A stretch of 64,000 bases of DNA, taken from NCBI RefSeq assembly GCF_006345805.1, contig NC_043018.1, positions 12,524,001 through 12,588,000 of the forward strand, written 5' to 3'. This document shows, piece by piece, positions 35,372 through 48,369 of the stretch; position 1 is the stretch's first letter, and each line of letters starts with the position of its first letter. Origin of the DNA: Octopus sinensis (taxonomy: Eukaryota). The position numbers and the translations under genes are program-made. A model generated the notes under the pieces. That model was given only the letters and a program-made list of their open reading frames with translations, was not told where the DNA came from and made no database searches.

Positions 35372-37545
35372 GTGAGTCCAATGATCTTCGCCTCTTCCAC
35401 ATTCTTGTCGGACATTTTACCTGTTTATTCCTTTCAATTCCTGCCCTATTTCTCTCTGCCAATCGCGATGCTTAATTCTGTTTTTATCTAGCTATTTTTA
35501 ATTTAAATTTTATCTTAAAACTGCCTTAAAACTCGGTGCTTTCAACTTTGGGTCCCGACTTGCTTTCAATATTCCTTCCAAACAATCCACGTTTGACTCG
35601 CTTCGTCTCAATCCTTCCACCTTAACAACCATGTGCATTATATTGACTTGTCGTCCTTATTATACACTTACTCTTATAATATAAATCCTATTTCATCTCT
35701 AATCTACCGTTTTATCCCAGCACAGTTCGAGCTTTTCAAACCATTTCGCTGAAAACTGCTCCCAAATAATTTCTTCCCAAATATTTTCCTTCCCAAAAAC
35801 TAAAAATGACTTCAGTTTTTCTTTTTGTTTTTTGCTTTCTTCTCTTTAATTTACAGACTTTATTTTCATTATATAAAATTACACACTTGAATGTTCGTGG
35901 GGAAAAAAAAAAAGAAAATATCAATATTAGAAAGAATCGAACGATCGTTTTTTCCCCGATCTCTTTTGTTTATCTTTTTATACCTTTTGCTGATCCTTTG
36001 TGCAGACGTAAATATTACCTCTCGATTTTGAAATATTTACATAAGTCTCTCACATGTCTTCACTTGTGGCTGTTATAATGGTTGGTTCTTGTAGTCACCT
36101 TGTCATTTTCGAGGTCTTATATATATACATATTTATATATATATTAACCTCAAAGTTGCATTTCCATCTTCGTGTTATATATATATACATATATATATAT
36201 CAGTCGAGGTAGTACAGCTGCTATTTTCCATTTTTAATCATATATTTGACTAGAAATGACAATCATAAACTTGTTATATACTTTGTAGCAGATTTAGTAA
36301 AACACTTTTTATTTTCCTACTAAAATGTAATTTGGTCTAAAATTATCAAATTCGACCTCACTTCTCAATTTAAAGACTTAGTTACACACTTTATTACAGT
36401 AAATAGTATTCCTTCTTAATTATGAAATGAAAGATTTGCCGTTTCTCTGCACGGTTTATGTCTTATTTCGAAGCGCTTTTATATTATTTACCGTTTAGGC
36501 CATAGTTTGTACAATTGCCAATTCTCACAAAGAGGGAAATAAATTGGAACTGCTTATATTCCGTTAAAATTCTCTCACCTTCCGCACCACTCAACACAGT
36601 TCGAACTAAGATTAAAGGAGATATTTTGTTTTTATAAGATAAAAATATTAAAAGAAAAAAAAAATGCAAATTTTTAGTAAATGTTCTTTTAATGGCACAT
36701 TTTATTAATTACTTGATATCGATTATTTCCGATTAGTGTTTCCCCTACAGGGAAACCGATAATACTTACGAGTGATCTATTGTCTTAATTGGCTGGAGAC
36801 ATTTAATTGAAGTTGTAACAGAAAATAAACCAAGACTGTTGCATTGAGAAAAGGTTGAAAAATAAAACCAAATTTAACCGCCCAGATTTCACTCCAGACA
36901 AACAACATTATTTAATCCTTCTATAAAATCTTGACCATTATAAAATAAAATATTCGATGATTTAACATTAAATAAACATTTCTCGCTTTTTCATTTCCGT
37001 ACTTATGAAACAAGATAGTTCTTTTTTTATTTATTTCCTTAAACAATATTATCTGGACCATTAGAAAGAAGCAAATTCTTCTCAGTGCCGACTTGATGTA
37101 TGCAGGAATTTCTAGTGTTGTCAAAGACAGAGTATAATTGACTGGTCTTCTCTTGTTACGGTGGCATATATAAAGTTTACATTTGTACTGTTACAAGAAC
37201 AAAATAATTTATATAATTTATATAAGAAAATATTCATTTCACAAGTTTAATTCCTATTTTATCCACACCTGAAACCTTTCAGCAATTCTCACTCCATGAT
37301 TTCGATCTTCCTGTCCTGCCTGGTCAGACCTTCACATTTATTTTTTCTTTTAACTAAAGGTTGTTCTTTGCATTTTTCTTGTTGTATGCATTTAGATTAA
37401 TAAAACAGTTACTGTTTCTAGAATTCCTATTTATTAGTGTGCAAATATAAAATGAACTCTAGTTTTTGGACATCGTTTAACAGGCAGTAACTACACTTGT
37501 ATCACATGACTAATGGTGTAAAGGATTAGGGATCGTTTAGAGAAG

Positions 37546-37581
<36 letters not shown>

Positions 37582-38829
37582 AATAATCGTCATCGTTCAA
37601 CGTCAGTTTTCCATGCTTGAATAGGTCAGACGGAATTTGTTGAGACTGATTTACTACAGCCAGGTTCCCTTCCTCTCGCCAACTTTCGCCCTTTCCATGT
37701 AAGGTGAAATGTTCCCATGACCAGACATATTTTCGTAGAAGATTGGAGACGAAGGATACCAGTTTCATGTTGGTGACATTCGTTTACAACCATCACATGA
37801 AGTCAAAGCAAGCAGACAGTAATATAAACAAACACACACCTATTTACATGACAGGCTTCTTCCAGTTTCTCTCTACCAAATTCACAAGGCTTTGGGCAGC
37901 CTGGGCCTATAATAGAAAACGCTTGCTCAAGGTGTGGTTGGGAAGCAAGACTTGTTATGCCTCTGCCTTTATATGTAATGTTTGGCATTCGGAAACTGTA
38001 TGGCAAGTGTAACACGAAATGATATTGAGAATAGCCATGTAGTGTGCGTCTTGTCTTTCTGAGTTATTTATTAATGTTCCTATATTTCCTTTTCTTAAGA
38101 TCTTCTCTGACTCACCGTGGAAAGTTCCATCCCTCATTCATTTCGGTTTCTCCAGTTTGGTTTAAGGTTTTGCTCTTGGCACTGATTTATTGCAGATATT
38201 TCTTAAATTCAACGAAGTTTTAACTCTGATATTTAATGCAGATAAGCAAGGACCATTATTAAGGCTAATGATTGATTTTTGCAGGTATGGCTGGGTGGTA
38301 AGAAGCTTGCTTCATAATCACATGGTTCCAGGTTCGGTCGTAGTACATGGCACTTTAGGCGTCTTCTGCTATAGCTTTGGGTTTACCAAAGTCTTGTGAG
38401 TGGATTTAGTCGATGTAAACTGAAAGAAGTTTGTTGTATATATATATATATGTGTTTGTGTTTGTCCCACACTATCACTTGACAACTGGTGTTGATGTAT
38501 TTACTTCTGTGACTTAGCAGTTTGGCAAAAGATGCTGATAGAATAAGTACTGGGGTCAATTCATTTGACTGAAAAAGATTCTTCAGGGTGGTGCTCCAGC
38601 ATGGCTGCAGTCTAATGACTGGAACAAGTAAAAGATAAAAAAATTGTCACATGGCCACACATTTTGAGGAAGACTATAATTGATTTAATATCCCCTGTAT
38701 TTTAAGGACTTCCGAAGGGTGTGAAGTAAATTGTATTCCAGCAGATTTTGAGCTCAAAATTTAAAGAAATAGGACTAAATCCTTCATGGTATTGATCTAC
38801 CACTACTTTATTTTTTTTTGTGCCCTTTT

Positions 38830-39122
38830 CAAGCCTAGCCAGGTTCATGGGCCTGGTTTCCCGGTTTCTGTGGCATATGTATTCCCCCCAGCTGGACGGG
38901 ACACCAGTCCATCGCAGTGTTACTCAAGAAACAGGAAGAGAGAGTGAGAGAAAGTTGTGGTGAAAAAGTACAACAGGGGTCACCACCACCCTCTGCCAGA
39001 GCCTCGTGGGGCTTTAGGTGTTTTCATTCAATAAACACACACAATGTCCGGTCTGGGAATCGAAACTGCGATCCTCCGACTGCAAGTCTGCTGCCCTAAC
39101 CACTGGGCCATTGCACCTCCAC
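38830..39122 (-). mobile_element. tRNA-derived SINE
   Basis: Minus-strand head GGAGGTGCAATGGCCCAGTGGTTAGGGCAGCAGAC...GTTTCGATTCCCAGACCGG, matching 42891 onwards; the 3' part differs. Confidence 0.8.
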
Positions 39123-39172
39123 GATCTACCACTACTAATTCTGACAAATGGTTTTCAGAACAGCTTTTAAAT

Positions 39173-39410
39173 CAGTATTTTTCTCAACCACTTTTTACCT
39201 TTGGACTATTTTGGTTCCTATTTTACTTAGCTTGACCCCCCCCCCCCACTAGCCATTCGGTGTTTAAAAAAAATTATATTTTTAGAAATATTATTAAGAA
39301 TTGTAGTAAAAAAAAAATAGTTAAGATATTTTGTGTGTTGTAGAAGTGTAACCAATTTATTGCAGGTAAATTTTAACAACAAAATCTTGGACCCCAGTTG
39401 AGAACCACTG
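39173..39410. mobile_element. hAT-type MITE (related elements ~19520-19627, 32290-32590, 61511-61805)
   Basis: Ends CAGTATTTTTCTCAACC / GTTGAGAACCACTG; 8-bp flanks TTTTAAAT / TTTTAAAA. Confidence 0.7.
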
Positions 39411-41089
39411 TTTTAAAAGCTGCATATTGTAGTCACAGTTGTTGACATTACTAAAGTCTCAATTGCCTTTCAATCAGATGTTTTTCGACACTTCTACTGT
39501 TACAGACCTTATTTATGCAGATCTTCACCAACGTATCTAGTCTTGACTTTCTGAGTCAGAAATAATATTTGTCTGTGGCTAATGGTTGGGATTCTTTCCT
39601 AGAAGTGTAATCAATTTTAGAACAGTAACGTCTAAGTAATCAGGACATTGAATTACTATTTAAAGCAGGCATGGGCAACCTTTTTTTGAAAAGCAGGCTA
39701 CATAAGACATGACTCATCGTCAGGTGAGCCACACCACTAAAAAAAAATTCAAGGTAATTTTTTGTTAGGCATAACCAGTCAGAATTTGCTCATACCTAGT
39801 CTAAAGTGCCAACAGTTCATATCCTGTCATCAGTGGCCTAATTATTGACAATTTGCTTCTACCATAGCCTTGGGTTGTCCCAAAATTTGTGCGTGAAACT
39901 GGTTAGGAAAAAAAACACTGGAGACCCATTGGATGGAACGTAATTCATGGGCCTTGTTTTGTTACATGCAGTGTCTTAATGGTTCTGCCTGACATTTATG
40001 TTATAACAGGACTTAGTCCGTTGCTATGCTACCTATAAAAATATCTGTTAATTAAGCATGTACTTCCTGTTATACAGTGAAAGTTTCATTAGTTACTATG
40101 GTGACAACAGTCTACCTGTCTATCTTTCACACCCACACAACCACTTTTTATTTCTTCTTTGTTATATTGTGGAATACTCAACTGGTTTCACTATGATTCA
40201 GTGCTTATGTAGTTCTGTTGATTGAACTTCTGGAAGGCTCATTAACGAAATGAATGGTGGACCCATCTACTTTAGCCTATACTGTCCATGGTCCTGTTCC
40301 CTAAAATGAGTGTAGTTTACTACTGTCAGTAGCAAGGAGACTACAGCCAGCAAATGCTTTGCTGGTTTCCAATAGTGAGCAACAAGCTGGCCTCCGTGCC
40401 AATGGCACGTAAAAAAACACCATTCGAGCGTGATCGTTACCTGCGTTGCCTTACTGGCACTTGAAGAAAAACATTTGAGCGAGGTCATTGCCAGTGCTGC
40501 TAGACTGGCTCCTGTGCAGGTGGCACATAAAAGCACCATTTGAGCGTGGTCGTTGCCAGTACCGCTAGACTGGCCCTCATGCCGGTGGCACGTAAAAGCA
40601 CTCACTGCACTCTCAGAGTGGTTGGCGTTAGGAAGGGCATCCAGCTGTAGAAATTCTGCCAGATATGAAGCAAGGCCCAACTAAAAGTCTCGAAACAAGC
40701 ATGGGTGTTTAAGATGCTTTGGACAACAAAGGTTTAATTCTGTGTCATTTCACTTAGCTGTTTGTAATGCATACTAGATCGAGGGACATTGCCCATGAGG
40801 TTCCTGGCCCTTCTAGTGGGAAGATTTATCTCTTATTTAACAGTTGTGAATGTAGAGCTAAGCCCCATCCTCATGGGTCTCTGTGACCTCATGGAATCAT
40901 TATTATATCTTGCTGTATAAAAAATATTCTTGTCCAAGGTGGTGTAATTTAAACAAATAATGCCAGAAAGTAAGGTCTGTTGTCTTTTTAGCCCCAGGTC
41001 AGCCCTGACTGAGAAAAGAGCTTTGCAGTATGAGATGGTGGTTGGGGGTGTGTGAAAGATTATTATTTATAAATGCAAAGACCTTTCAA

Positions 41090-43815
41090 GGTGAAGAGTG
41101 CACCCTTCAACATGGGTTAGTCAGGGATTAAAGGTATGGAAAAGAAAGATCGGGAAAGCTTAAGGATCCTCTGAATAGTCAGAGATTTAGAGACATTTTA
41201 CATGAAGCGTTTGACGAGAAAGTAGGAGATATAGAGAACAACTGGGGGTTTTCATGGGACAACTTAATGACCAAATTTTTGACTAGTACAAAGTCCCTAC
41301 CAGATCTGATGTGACATGTTGGTGGAACAGTGTAGTAGACAGGTCTATTAGAGTGAAGGAATGGGACTGGAACAGTGGTAGGAGCAGGGAACTATATCAA
41401 ATAGCTAGATGGGAGGTTAGGAGACAGGTATATTTAGCCAGGAGAAAAGTGGAAAGGAAGAACTTTGCCAGTGTTCTGTGAGATGAGGGCCAGCAGCTTG
41501 AGGTGTTTCGGATTGCATGATAGTGAGTGAAAGAAAATGATGATGTAGGAGAGAAGTGTGTTCACTTGCAGTTAGTGATTCTGCAAAGAAGAAAAAAACT
41601 TGGAAATGCCACTATGAGATGGTTGCTGAAAGCAGAGAATGCATGGGAGAAGGAGAGTCTGCCTAATGTGGATGCAACCGAGGAACCAGCTATCTGAATT
41701 GACAGTAGCTTGGTAGATATAGCAATTAAGGAAGACAGGGAAAGCCCCTGACCCATCAGGAATCACCACTGACATGAGGAAAATATCTGGCTGAGTGGGA
41801 TATGGGTTAGTCACCTATATTGTTAATCCACGAGGGAGTCATACACAACTGGTGTAGCAACATTACCATCAACTGCTACAAAGGAAAAGGTGACGCCTTT
41901 GACAGAAATGATTATGGAGGTATCAAATTGTTGGACCAGGTCATGAAAGTTACAGAAATTAGGAAGAGAGTTAAACTGGATGAGATGTAGTTTGGTTTTG
42001 TGCCTGGGAGAAACCAGAAATAAACCTCTGTACTTGGCTTTTGTAGACATGGAGGAAGTCTTTGACAGAGTCCCTCACTCCCTCATCTGATGTTCACTCT
42101 ACAAGCTTGCGATAGATGAGTGTTTAATGAGGGCTGTACAGCCATGTACAGAAATGCTGTCAGTAAGGTAATGGTTGGCAATGACTATAGCAAAGAATTT
42201 AGTGTACAAGTAGGAGTTCACCAAGGATCACTTCTCAGCCTCTTCTTGTTTATCATAGGTCTCCAGGCTATAACAAAGGAGTTTAAGACTGGCTGTCCTT
42301 GGGAGTGGCCCTATGCTTATGACCTTATTCTTATAACTGAATCACTACCTGAACTAGAGAAGGAATTTCAGGTGTGGAAGCAAGGTCTGGAATCTAAGGG
42401 CCTTAAAGTTAATTTAGCTAAGACCAAAGTCCTAGTAATTAGGAAAACAGACATATCTCCAATCCCTTCAGGAAGATAGCCGTGTTCAATATGTAGGAAA
42501 GGAGTTGGTAGAAACGCCATACTGTATGCCGAGTACAAGCTATGGACACATAGGAGGTGCAGAAGTATCACGAGAAGGTTAACAGAAAAAAGCAGTTTTT
42601 GTGTGTGGCATATGCACAGGTACAATAAGCACTGAGAATGTACAGAGACTAGATGTCCAGTAGTAGTAGTAGACAGATTCTGTTACCTAGGTGACCAAGT
42701 TAACAGTAGAGGAGGAAGTTCTGAAAGCATAGTTGCTAGAATAAGAGCAAGCTGGGCATAGTTCAGAAACCTATTACCTTTGTTTGTAACAAGGGGCCTT
42801 TCCCTATGATTGAAAGGTGGATTGTATAATGTCTGTACGTACAGCTATGCTATATTGCAGTGAGACATGGTCTATGGCTACAGAGAGTGTGGAGGCGCAA
42901 TGGCCCAGTGGTTAGGGCAGCGGACTCGCGGTCATAGGATCGCGGTTTTGATTCCCAGACCGGGCGTTGTGAGTGTTTATTGAGCGAAAACACCTAAAGC
43001 TCCACGAGGCTCCGGCAGGGATGGTGGTGATCCCTGCTGTACTCTTTCACCACAACTTTCTCTCACTCTTTCTTTCTGTTTCTGTTGTACCTGTATTTCA
43101 AAGGGCTGGCCTTGTCACTCTCTGTGTCACGCTGAATATCCCCGAGAACTGCGTTAAGGTACACGTGTCTGTGGAGTGCTCAGCCACTTACACGTTAATT
43201 TCACGAGCAGGCTGTTCCGTTGATCGGATCAACCGGAACCCTCGTCGTCGTAACCGACGGAGTGCTTCATATTCATGGCTACAGAGGACATGCAAAGGCT
43301 TGAAAGAAATGAAGCCAGCATGCTCTGTTGGATGGGTGGATGTCAGTGTGCAAGAGAAATATTGGGGTCACAAGTGCATCAGTTATAGATGAAATTGTGG
43401 GAAAGGATCTCTAGACATTGGGCCTCACAGGGGAGATGACAAGAAACCAAGACTCTCGGCAGTTTGTTGTACCTGAGAAGACACGTCAAGCTAAGTAAAG
43501 CTGTGGTTATCCCTATATACAGGGATGTCCTCTACATCCCTCTCTCGACTGAGAGGTCCCTTTTTTGAGAGCTTACAAGTGCTGGTGTCACATAAAAAGC
43601 ACTTGTGCCTGTGTCATATAAGAGCGCCCATGCTGGTACCACGTAGAAAGCACTCAATACACTCTGTGGAGTGGTTGTCATTAGGAAGGGCATCCAGCCA
43701 TAGAAACCATACCAAAACAGACAATTAGAACCTGGGCAGCTCCCTATTTGGCCAGATTCTGTTGAACTTTCCAACCCATGACAACATAGCAAGTGGACGT
43801 TAAATAATGATGATG
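41090..43815 (+). mobile_element. Degenerate RTE-clade LINE interrupted by a SINE
   Basis: 'VGVHQGSLLSLFLF..TGCPWEWPYAYDLILI..GLKVNLAKTKVL'; ends in the (GAT)n tail. Confidence 0.85.
42886..43274 (+). mobile_element. Young full-length tRNA-derived SINE with 12-bp TSD
   Basis: A box TGGCCCAGTGG, B-box-like GGTTTTGATTCC; TSD ATGGCTACAGAG at 42874-42885 and 43275-43286; CpGs retained. Confidence 0.9.
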
Positions 43816-44589
43816 AGTGAGTACTGGGTTCTATGTAATTGAATAGCCTCCCCCCTTAAAGTTTTGGGCCTTATTCTTATAGTAGGAAAGAATCATCATC
43901 GTCATTTACCATCCATTTTCCATGCTAGTGTGGATAAGAAGGCTTGACTGGAACTGGTAAGCCAGAGAGCTGGCTTGGTTTCTACAGCTGGTTGCTCTTC
44001 CTAAAAGGCATCCACCCCAAGAGTGTAGTGGGTGTCACTGGCATGGGTGCCTTTTACATGTCATTGGCCATGACCACAGTTTCACTTGGCTTCACAAGTC
44101 TTCTCAAGCACAGCAAATCGCCAAAGGCCTCAACCACTTGTCATCACCTCCATCAGACCCAAAATGCCGTGTGGCATTTCCTCCAGTTTTATGTTCTGAG
44201 TTCAAATGCTGCTGAAGTTGACTTTGCCTTTCATCCTTTTGGGGTCAATAAAATAAATACCAACTGAGTGCTGGGGTTGATGTAATCAACTAACCAACTT
44301 TCTACCAAAAGTTCAGACCTTGTGCCTATGGTAGAAAGAATTCCTATCATCAAGGGGTCAGCTGGCAGAATTGGACAACATGCTTGGCTGCACTTCTGGT
44401 TCTTTATATTCAGAGTTCAAATTCTGCTGAGGTCAGTTTTGCCTTTCATGTTTTGGGGTTGATAAAATAAATACCAGATGGATACTGAGGTTGATGTAAT
44501 TGAGTTCCCCCTCAAAAACTGTTGGACCAGTGCCAAAATTTGAAACCATTCTTCTTTTTCTTCTTCCTATTCTTTACTACTACTACTAC

Positions 44590-45300
44590 TACTATTTGAA
44601 CAAAAATTAGACATTTGCACATGTCCAGGTTAATTCATTTAATTTGTATTTTTCACATCCTCTGTTTACAATCCAAGCATAGGTGATGGAATCTTCATCT
44701 TTTTTTTACCAAATTTAAACACTGCCAGTATTGAACGAGGAACTTTCAGTGAAAATCTTCAATAAAATGTTAATTGTTTCATCAAAACAAATCTTGGGCA
44801 GAATATTATTACAATATTTTTTGGGTTCAGCAGGGGATAACTTTCTCAAAAGTAGTTGCACTTTTTTCTCGTCAGTCCAATTGCTAGTCTTCTTTGAAGA
44901 TTTCTTCATATGTTGGAAAATATGCAGAGAAAGTAATACCTTCTTTTGGATTATAAACAAATCCTCCAGTTGAGTTTGCTATGGCATCTGGCATGAACAA
45001 CTCTGAAGTACTTTCAGACTTCTTCAACATTAATTCCAGCAACTGTTGCTGTTGTTAATGCAGTTGCAACAGTGACTGCACCACACCGGCCAATGTTAAC
45101 ATATTTTTTCTTTGGTTTCCTACCAAAATATTCGACTGTCCAACCCAAGCTTCGAATATCTCATTGCTGCTTTTATATCCTTAGTTGCAGATATAGGATT
45201 TTAACGAAGCGGGGGTAAAGCAAGGTATTCACAGACGTAGCTTACAACTACCAGCATGTGAGACACCAACGCCTTCTTCCCATCTCAATGAGACACGTTA
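44590..45300 (-). mobile_element. Ty3/Gypsy gag-like relic
   Basis: 'WTDEKKVQLLLRKLSPAE..KYCNNILPK..FDETINILLKIF', resembling the N-terminus of K02A2.6-type polyproteins (from recall). Confidence 0.6.
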
Positions 45301-45528
45301 CTCTTTATAAGGGTCTAACAAGTCCTCCTTTTAACCACACAAGGGTGTTAATATCTATCACCACAACAGTTCTACACCAGGTTGTTAGACTTGCAATGCT
45401 TAAGTGAAATATTAAAACGCAAAATTACATATATATTTTTAAAGTAATTAACTTACACTAAAAGTTGATTAATTTCCAGTTATCTAATGACATAGATATA
45501 TTTGTAATAAACCACATTTCCATTTCAG

Positions 45529-45635
45529 CAAGGGCAATCGCAATTTGAAGAAAAATGGCCTACTATGCGCCCAACAGTTCTGAAACTTTTACGCCAAGAA
45601 AGGGTGACAAAATTTGAATGGCAAGAATTGTTTTG
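45529..45635 (+). CDS. CUL5: CUL5 exon 2: QGQSQFEEKWPTMRPTVLKLLRQERVTKFEWQELF(W)
   Basis: Cullin-5 N-terminal homology; AG/GT; 107 nt. Confidence 0.95.
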
Positions 45636-45804
45636 GTAAGTTTTATTTTTTTCTGCATCATTTTATTATAATATACCCATAATTACAGGCCTAAGTTGAG
45701 AAACTTACTTTCCAACCATGTGGGTATGGGTTCTGTCCCACTGATTAGAAACTAGGGCAAGTGGATTTGGTAGATAGAAACTAAAAGATACTTGTGTATG
45801 TGTG

Positions 45805-46996
45805 GAGGCGAAATGAAAATAACACTGGCATCTCATTTTAACAGATATATTACCAAAATTACAACAAAATATCTTGAAATACTGAAGAGTAAATTTATTC
45901 AATAAAATTGCCATTGGCTTCAACCATGGCCTCCAGACGATTTCAGAATCTCCTGCAACTCTTCTGGATGGTCTCCTTGTTTAAGTTGGTGAATGCTGCC
46001 ATAATCCTTGCCTTCAGTTCATCTTTGGTGTTACAAGCAATTTTGTTGGTCTCTTGCTCAACTGCACCCCAAACATAATAATCAAGGGGGCTGCAGTGTA
46101 GGGAGTTAGATGGCCAGATGTTAGGGGTGATGTGGTTGCAGAGATTGTCTGACAGCTATCACTGGGTTCTGCTTGTGTGACATGGTGCAGAGTCCTGCAG
46201 CCAGGCATAGGATGTTCCAGCATCCACCCTCTTGACCCAGGGCAGCACTACCTCCTCCAGGCACTTCATGTAGGCCTCTGTGTTGAGTTTGGGACTGAGC
46301 GAGAAGATGAATGTAGGCATAATGTTCCCATCACTAGTGATCACTCCAACACCATGATATGGACTGGATGTTTGATTTTTATCACTCTCAGTTCATGTTT
46401 TGTGAACACGGCAAGCCAACAGCTGTTCTGTGTTTTCACCATCTGATCCTGGCAGAAAGTTTTCTTGTTTGATAAAAACCAAAGCATGTTCAGTTGGAGG
46501 AGATGCTTGAGTTAGTTGAAAGCTTCGTAGTGTGGTCTTTCCTCTTGTCCTTGATGATTTGGGATAAAAAGTGGCCCTTTCTCATCTTGTATGAGGAATA
46601 CTGAATGTCTTCATGCACCACCTGCCTGATAAGAAACTCAGACACTCCCATGTCCTGGACCTGATTGACTTGGAGGGATTGTTGTCAATCATAGCCTGGA
46701 TCTCACCAACTAATTCAGTGTGAGTTTTCCAAGCTGCTTTACCTTCGTAATCACCATTAGACTCATACAACTCTTTCTAAATCTTCTACCCTATCCTCTG
46801 GTTGACACCCAAACATTCTGAAATGTTCGTATTGGAGCTTCTGGCGTGAATGCCAAGCAGTACAGCATGTTGTTTCCAAATTTGTGGCAGAGTGACCCAA
46901 CTGACCCTACTATACTGTGTAGTTGACAAAATCAGAAATAATCAATGCACGTGTGCAAAATCAAAAATATAAAACAATTTACCCACCACACCCTGT
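45805..46996 (-). mobile_element. Tc1/mariner (DD37D, maT-like) decayed copy
   Basis: 'WLQDSAPCHTSRTQ..CSPLDYYVWG' with stops; terminal CAGGGTGTGGTGGGTAAATTGT; same family as 25035-25585. Confidence 0.85.
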
Positions 46997-47219
46997 GGGT
47001 ATATGTGTGTATATATATATATATACTGTGCAGGTGGCACGTAAAAAACACCCACTACACTCGCGGAGTGGTTGGCGTTAGGAAGGGCATCCAGCCGTAG
47101 AAACACTGCCAGATCTGACTGGGCCTGACGAAGCCTTCCAGCTTCACAGACCCCAGTTGACCCGTCCAACCCATGCTAGCATGGAAAGCGGACGCTAAAC
47201 GATGATGATGATGATGATA

Positions 47220-47760
47220 CTAGCAGAGATACCCGGCGTTGCCCTTGTTACATGCAATTGAAGAATTAGACTTTTCTGTTATATATTTTCTGTAATGAAC
47301 TGGAATATCTATGTTTCGAATTTCATCAAAATTGCAGATGAGGGTCATTTCCCTCTTTACACACCCTAAAAAAATTGTAATCATGCCACATGTATCACAT
47401 ACTACTGATTTTTATGCGCATATTCCAAAATTCCCGTCTTATTGAACCTGTTAAAAAGATTTTGCTCCTGAAAAATGAAGGTCATGGAGCTCTAAAATGT
47501 GAGAGTTAAGGCCCCTGTTGGGGGTGGGTGTCTTAATGTCAACCAGAAAAGTTGAATTGTTGAGAATATTTTTAACTTGGGTCTTATATCTATTGTTTGA
47601 ATTTCTTTGGAATAGGAAATATATGTTCACAGGGTTTGTAAAAGAGAGCAAAGCTACAGGAAACCAAAAGACAAATGATCACAATAAGCAGTCAGCTACC
47701 CTACCCAATGTCGTTACCACTCCCAATGTTGGATTCCTCACTATACAGGTGACAGGCACA
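47220..47760 (-). mobile_element. Helitron-like 3' end fragment
   Basis: Minus-strand end GGGCAACGCCGGGTATCTCTGCTAG|T; matches 1-360 and 18743-19049. Confidence 0.7.
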
Positions 47761-47920
47761 TATACTTAGCAGCTTAGCAAAAGCAACCAACAAAATAAGC
47801 ACCAGGCTAAAACAAAAAATAAGTTTAGTTTGACCAAAATTCCCCAGGGCAGTACCCCAGCATGGTTGAAACAAATAAAAAATAATACTGTTTTATTTTT
47901 ATTTTCATTTCTAAATCTAG

Positions 47921-48020
47921 GGCTGTACACTCTGTGTGTTTATGGGATGAAAAAGGTCCCCAGAAGGTGTACCAGGCACTCCAAGATGACATATTGGAAT
48001 TTATACGACAAGCTCAAATT
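47921..48020 (+). CDS. CUL5: CUL5 exon 3: AVHSVCLWDEKGPQKVYQALQDDILEFIRQAQI
   Basis: Homology; AG/GT; 100 nt; phases fit. Confidence 0.95.
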
Positions 48021-48369
48021 GTAAGCTACAACAGATTCTTACTATACTTTCAATGTCCAACTTTTTTTCTATCATTTTTATAAATTCCTGTAATTATGAT
48101 CAGTTTTATTTATTGTTTTGAAATTTTATGTAACTCTTTTAACTCTTTTGTCATAAAATACACTGCTTTTATTTCAATTAATTTTGAAAATAATGAAGAA
48201 TTTATTAAAATAATTGTATCATTGTTATGCTTGTGCTTGGACTATGGTACCAGATACGATTTTGGATGGTTTGGTATCAAAAACGTTAAATTATTTTGCC
48301 CCTGACTTGACAAATATAAATTTCTTGATAGAATGAAGCATCTTTTAAGTTCTCTCAACTCAAATGAGA

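Noticed and set aside
42891-42965. tRNA-like sequences at SINE heads (also ~21960, 39050-39122, 51190)
   Set aside because: A/B boxes are present but there is no complete cloverleaf, and they run into SINE bodies; not tRNA genes.
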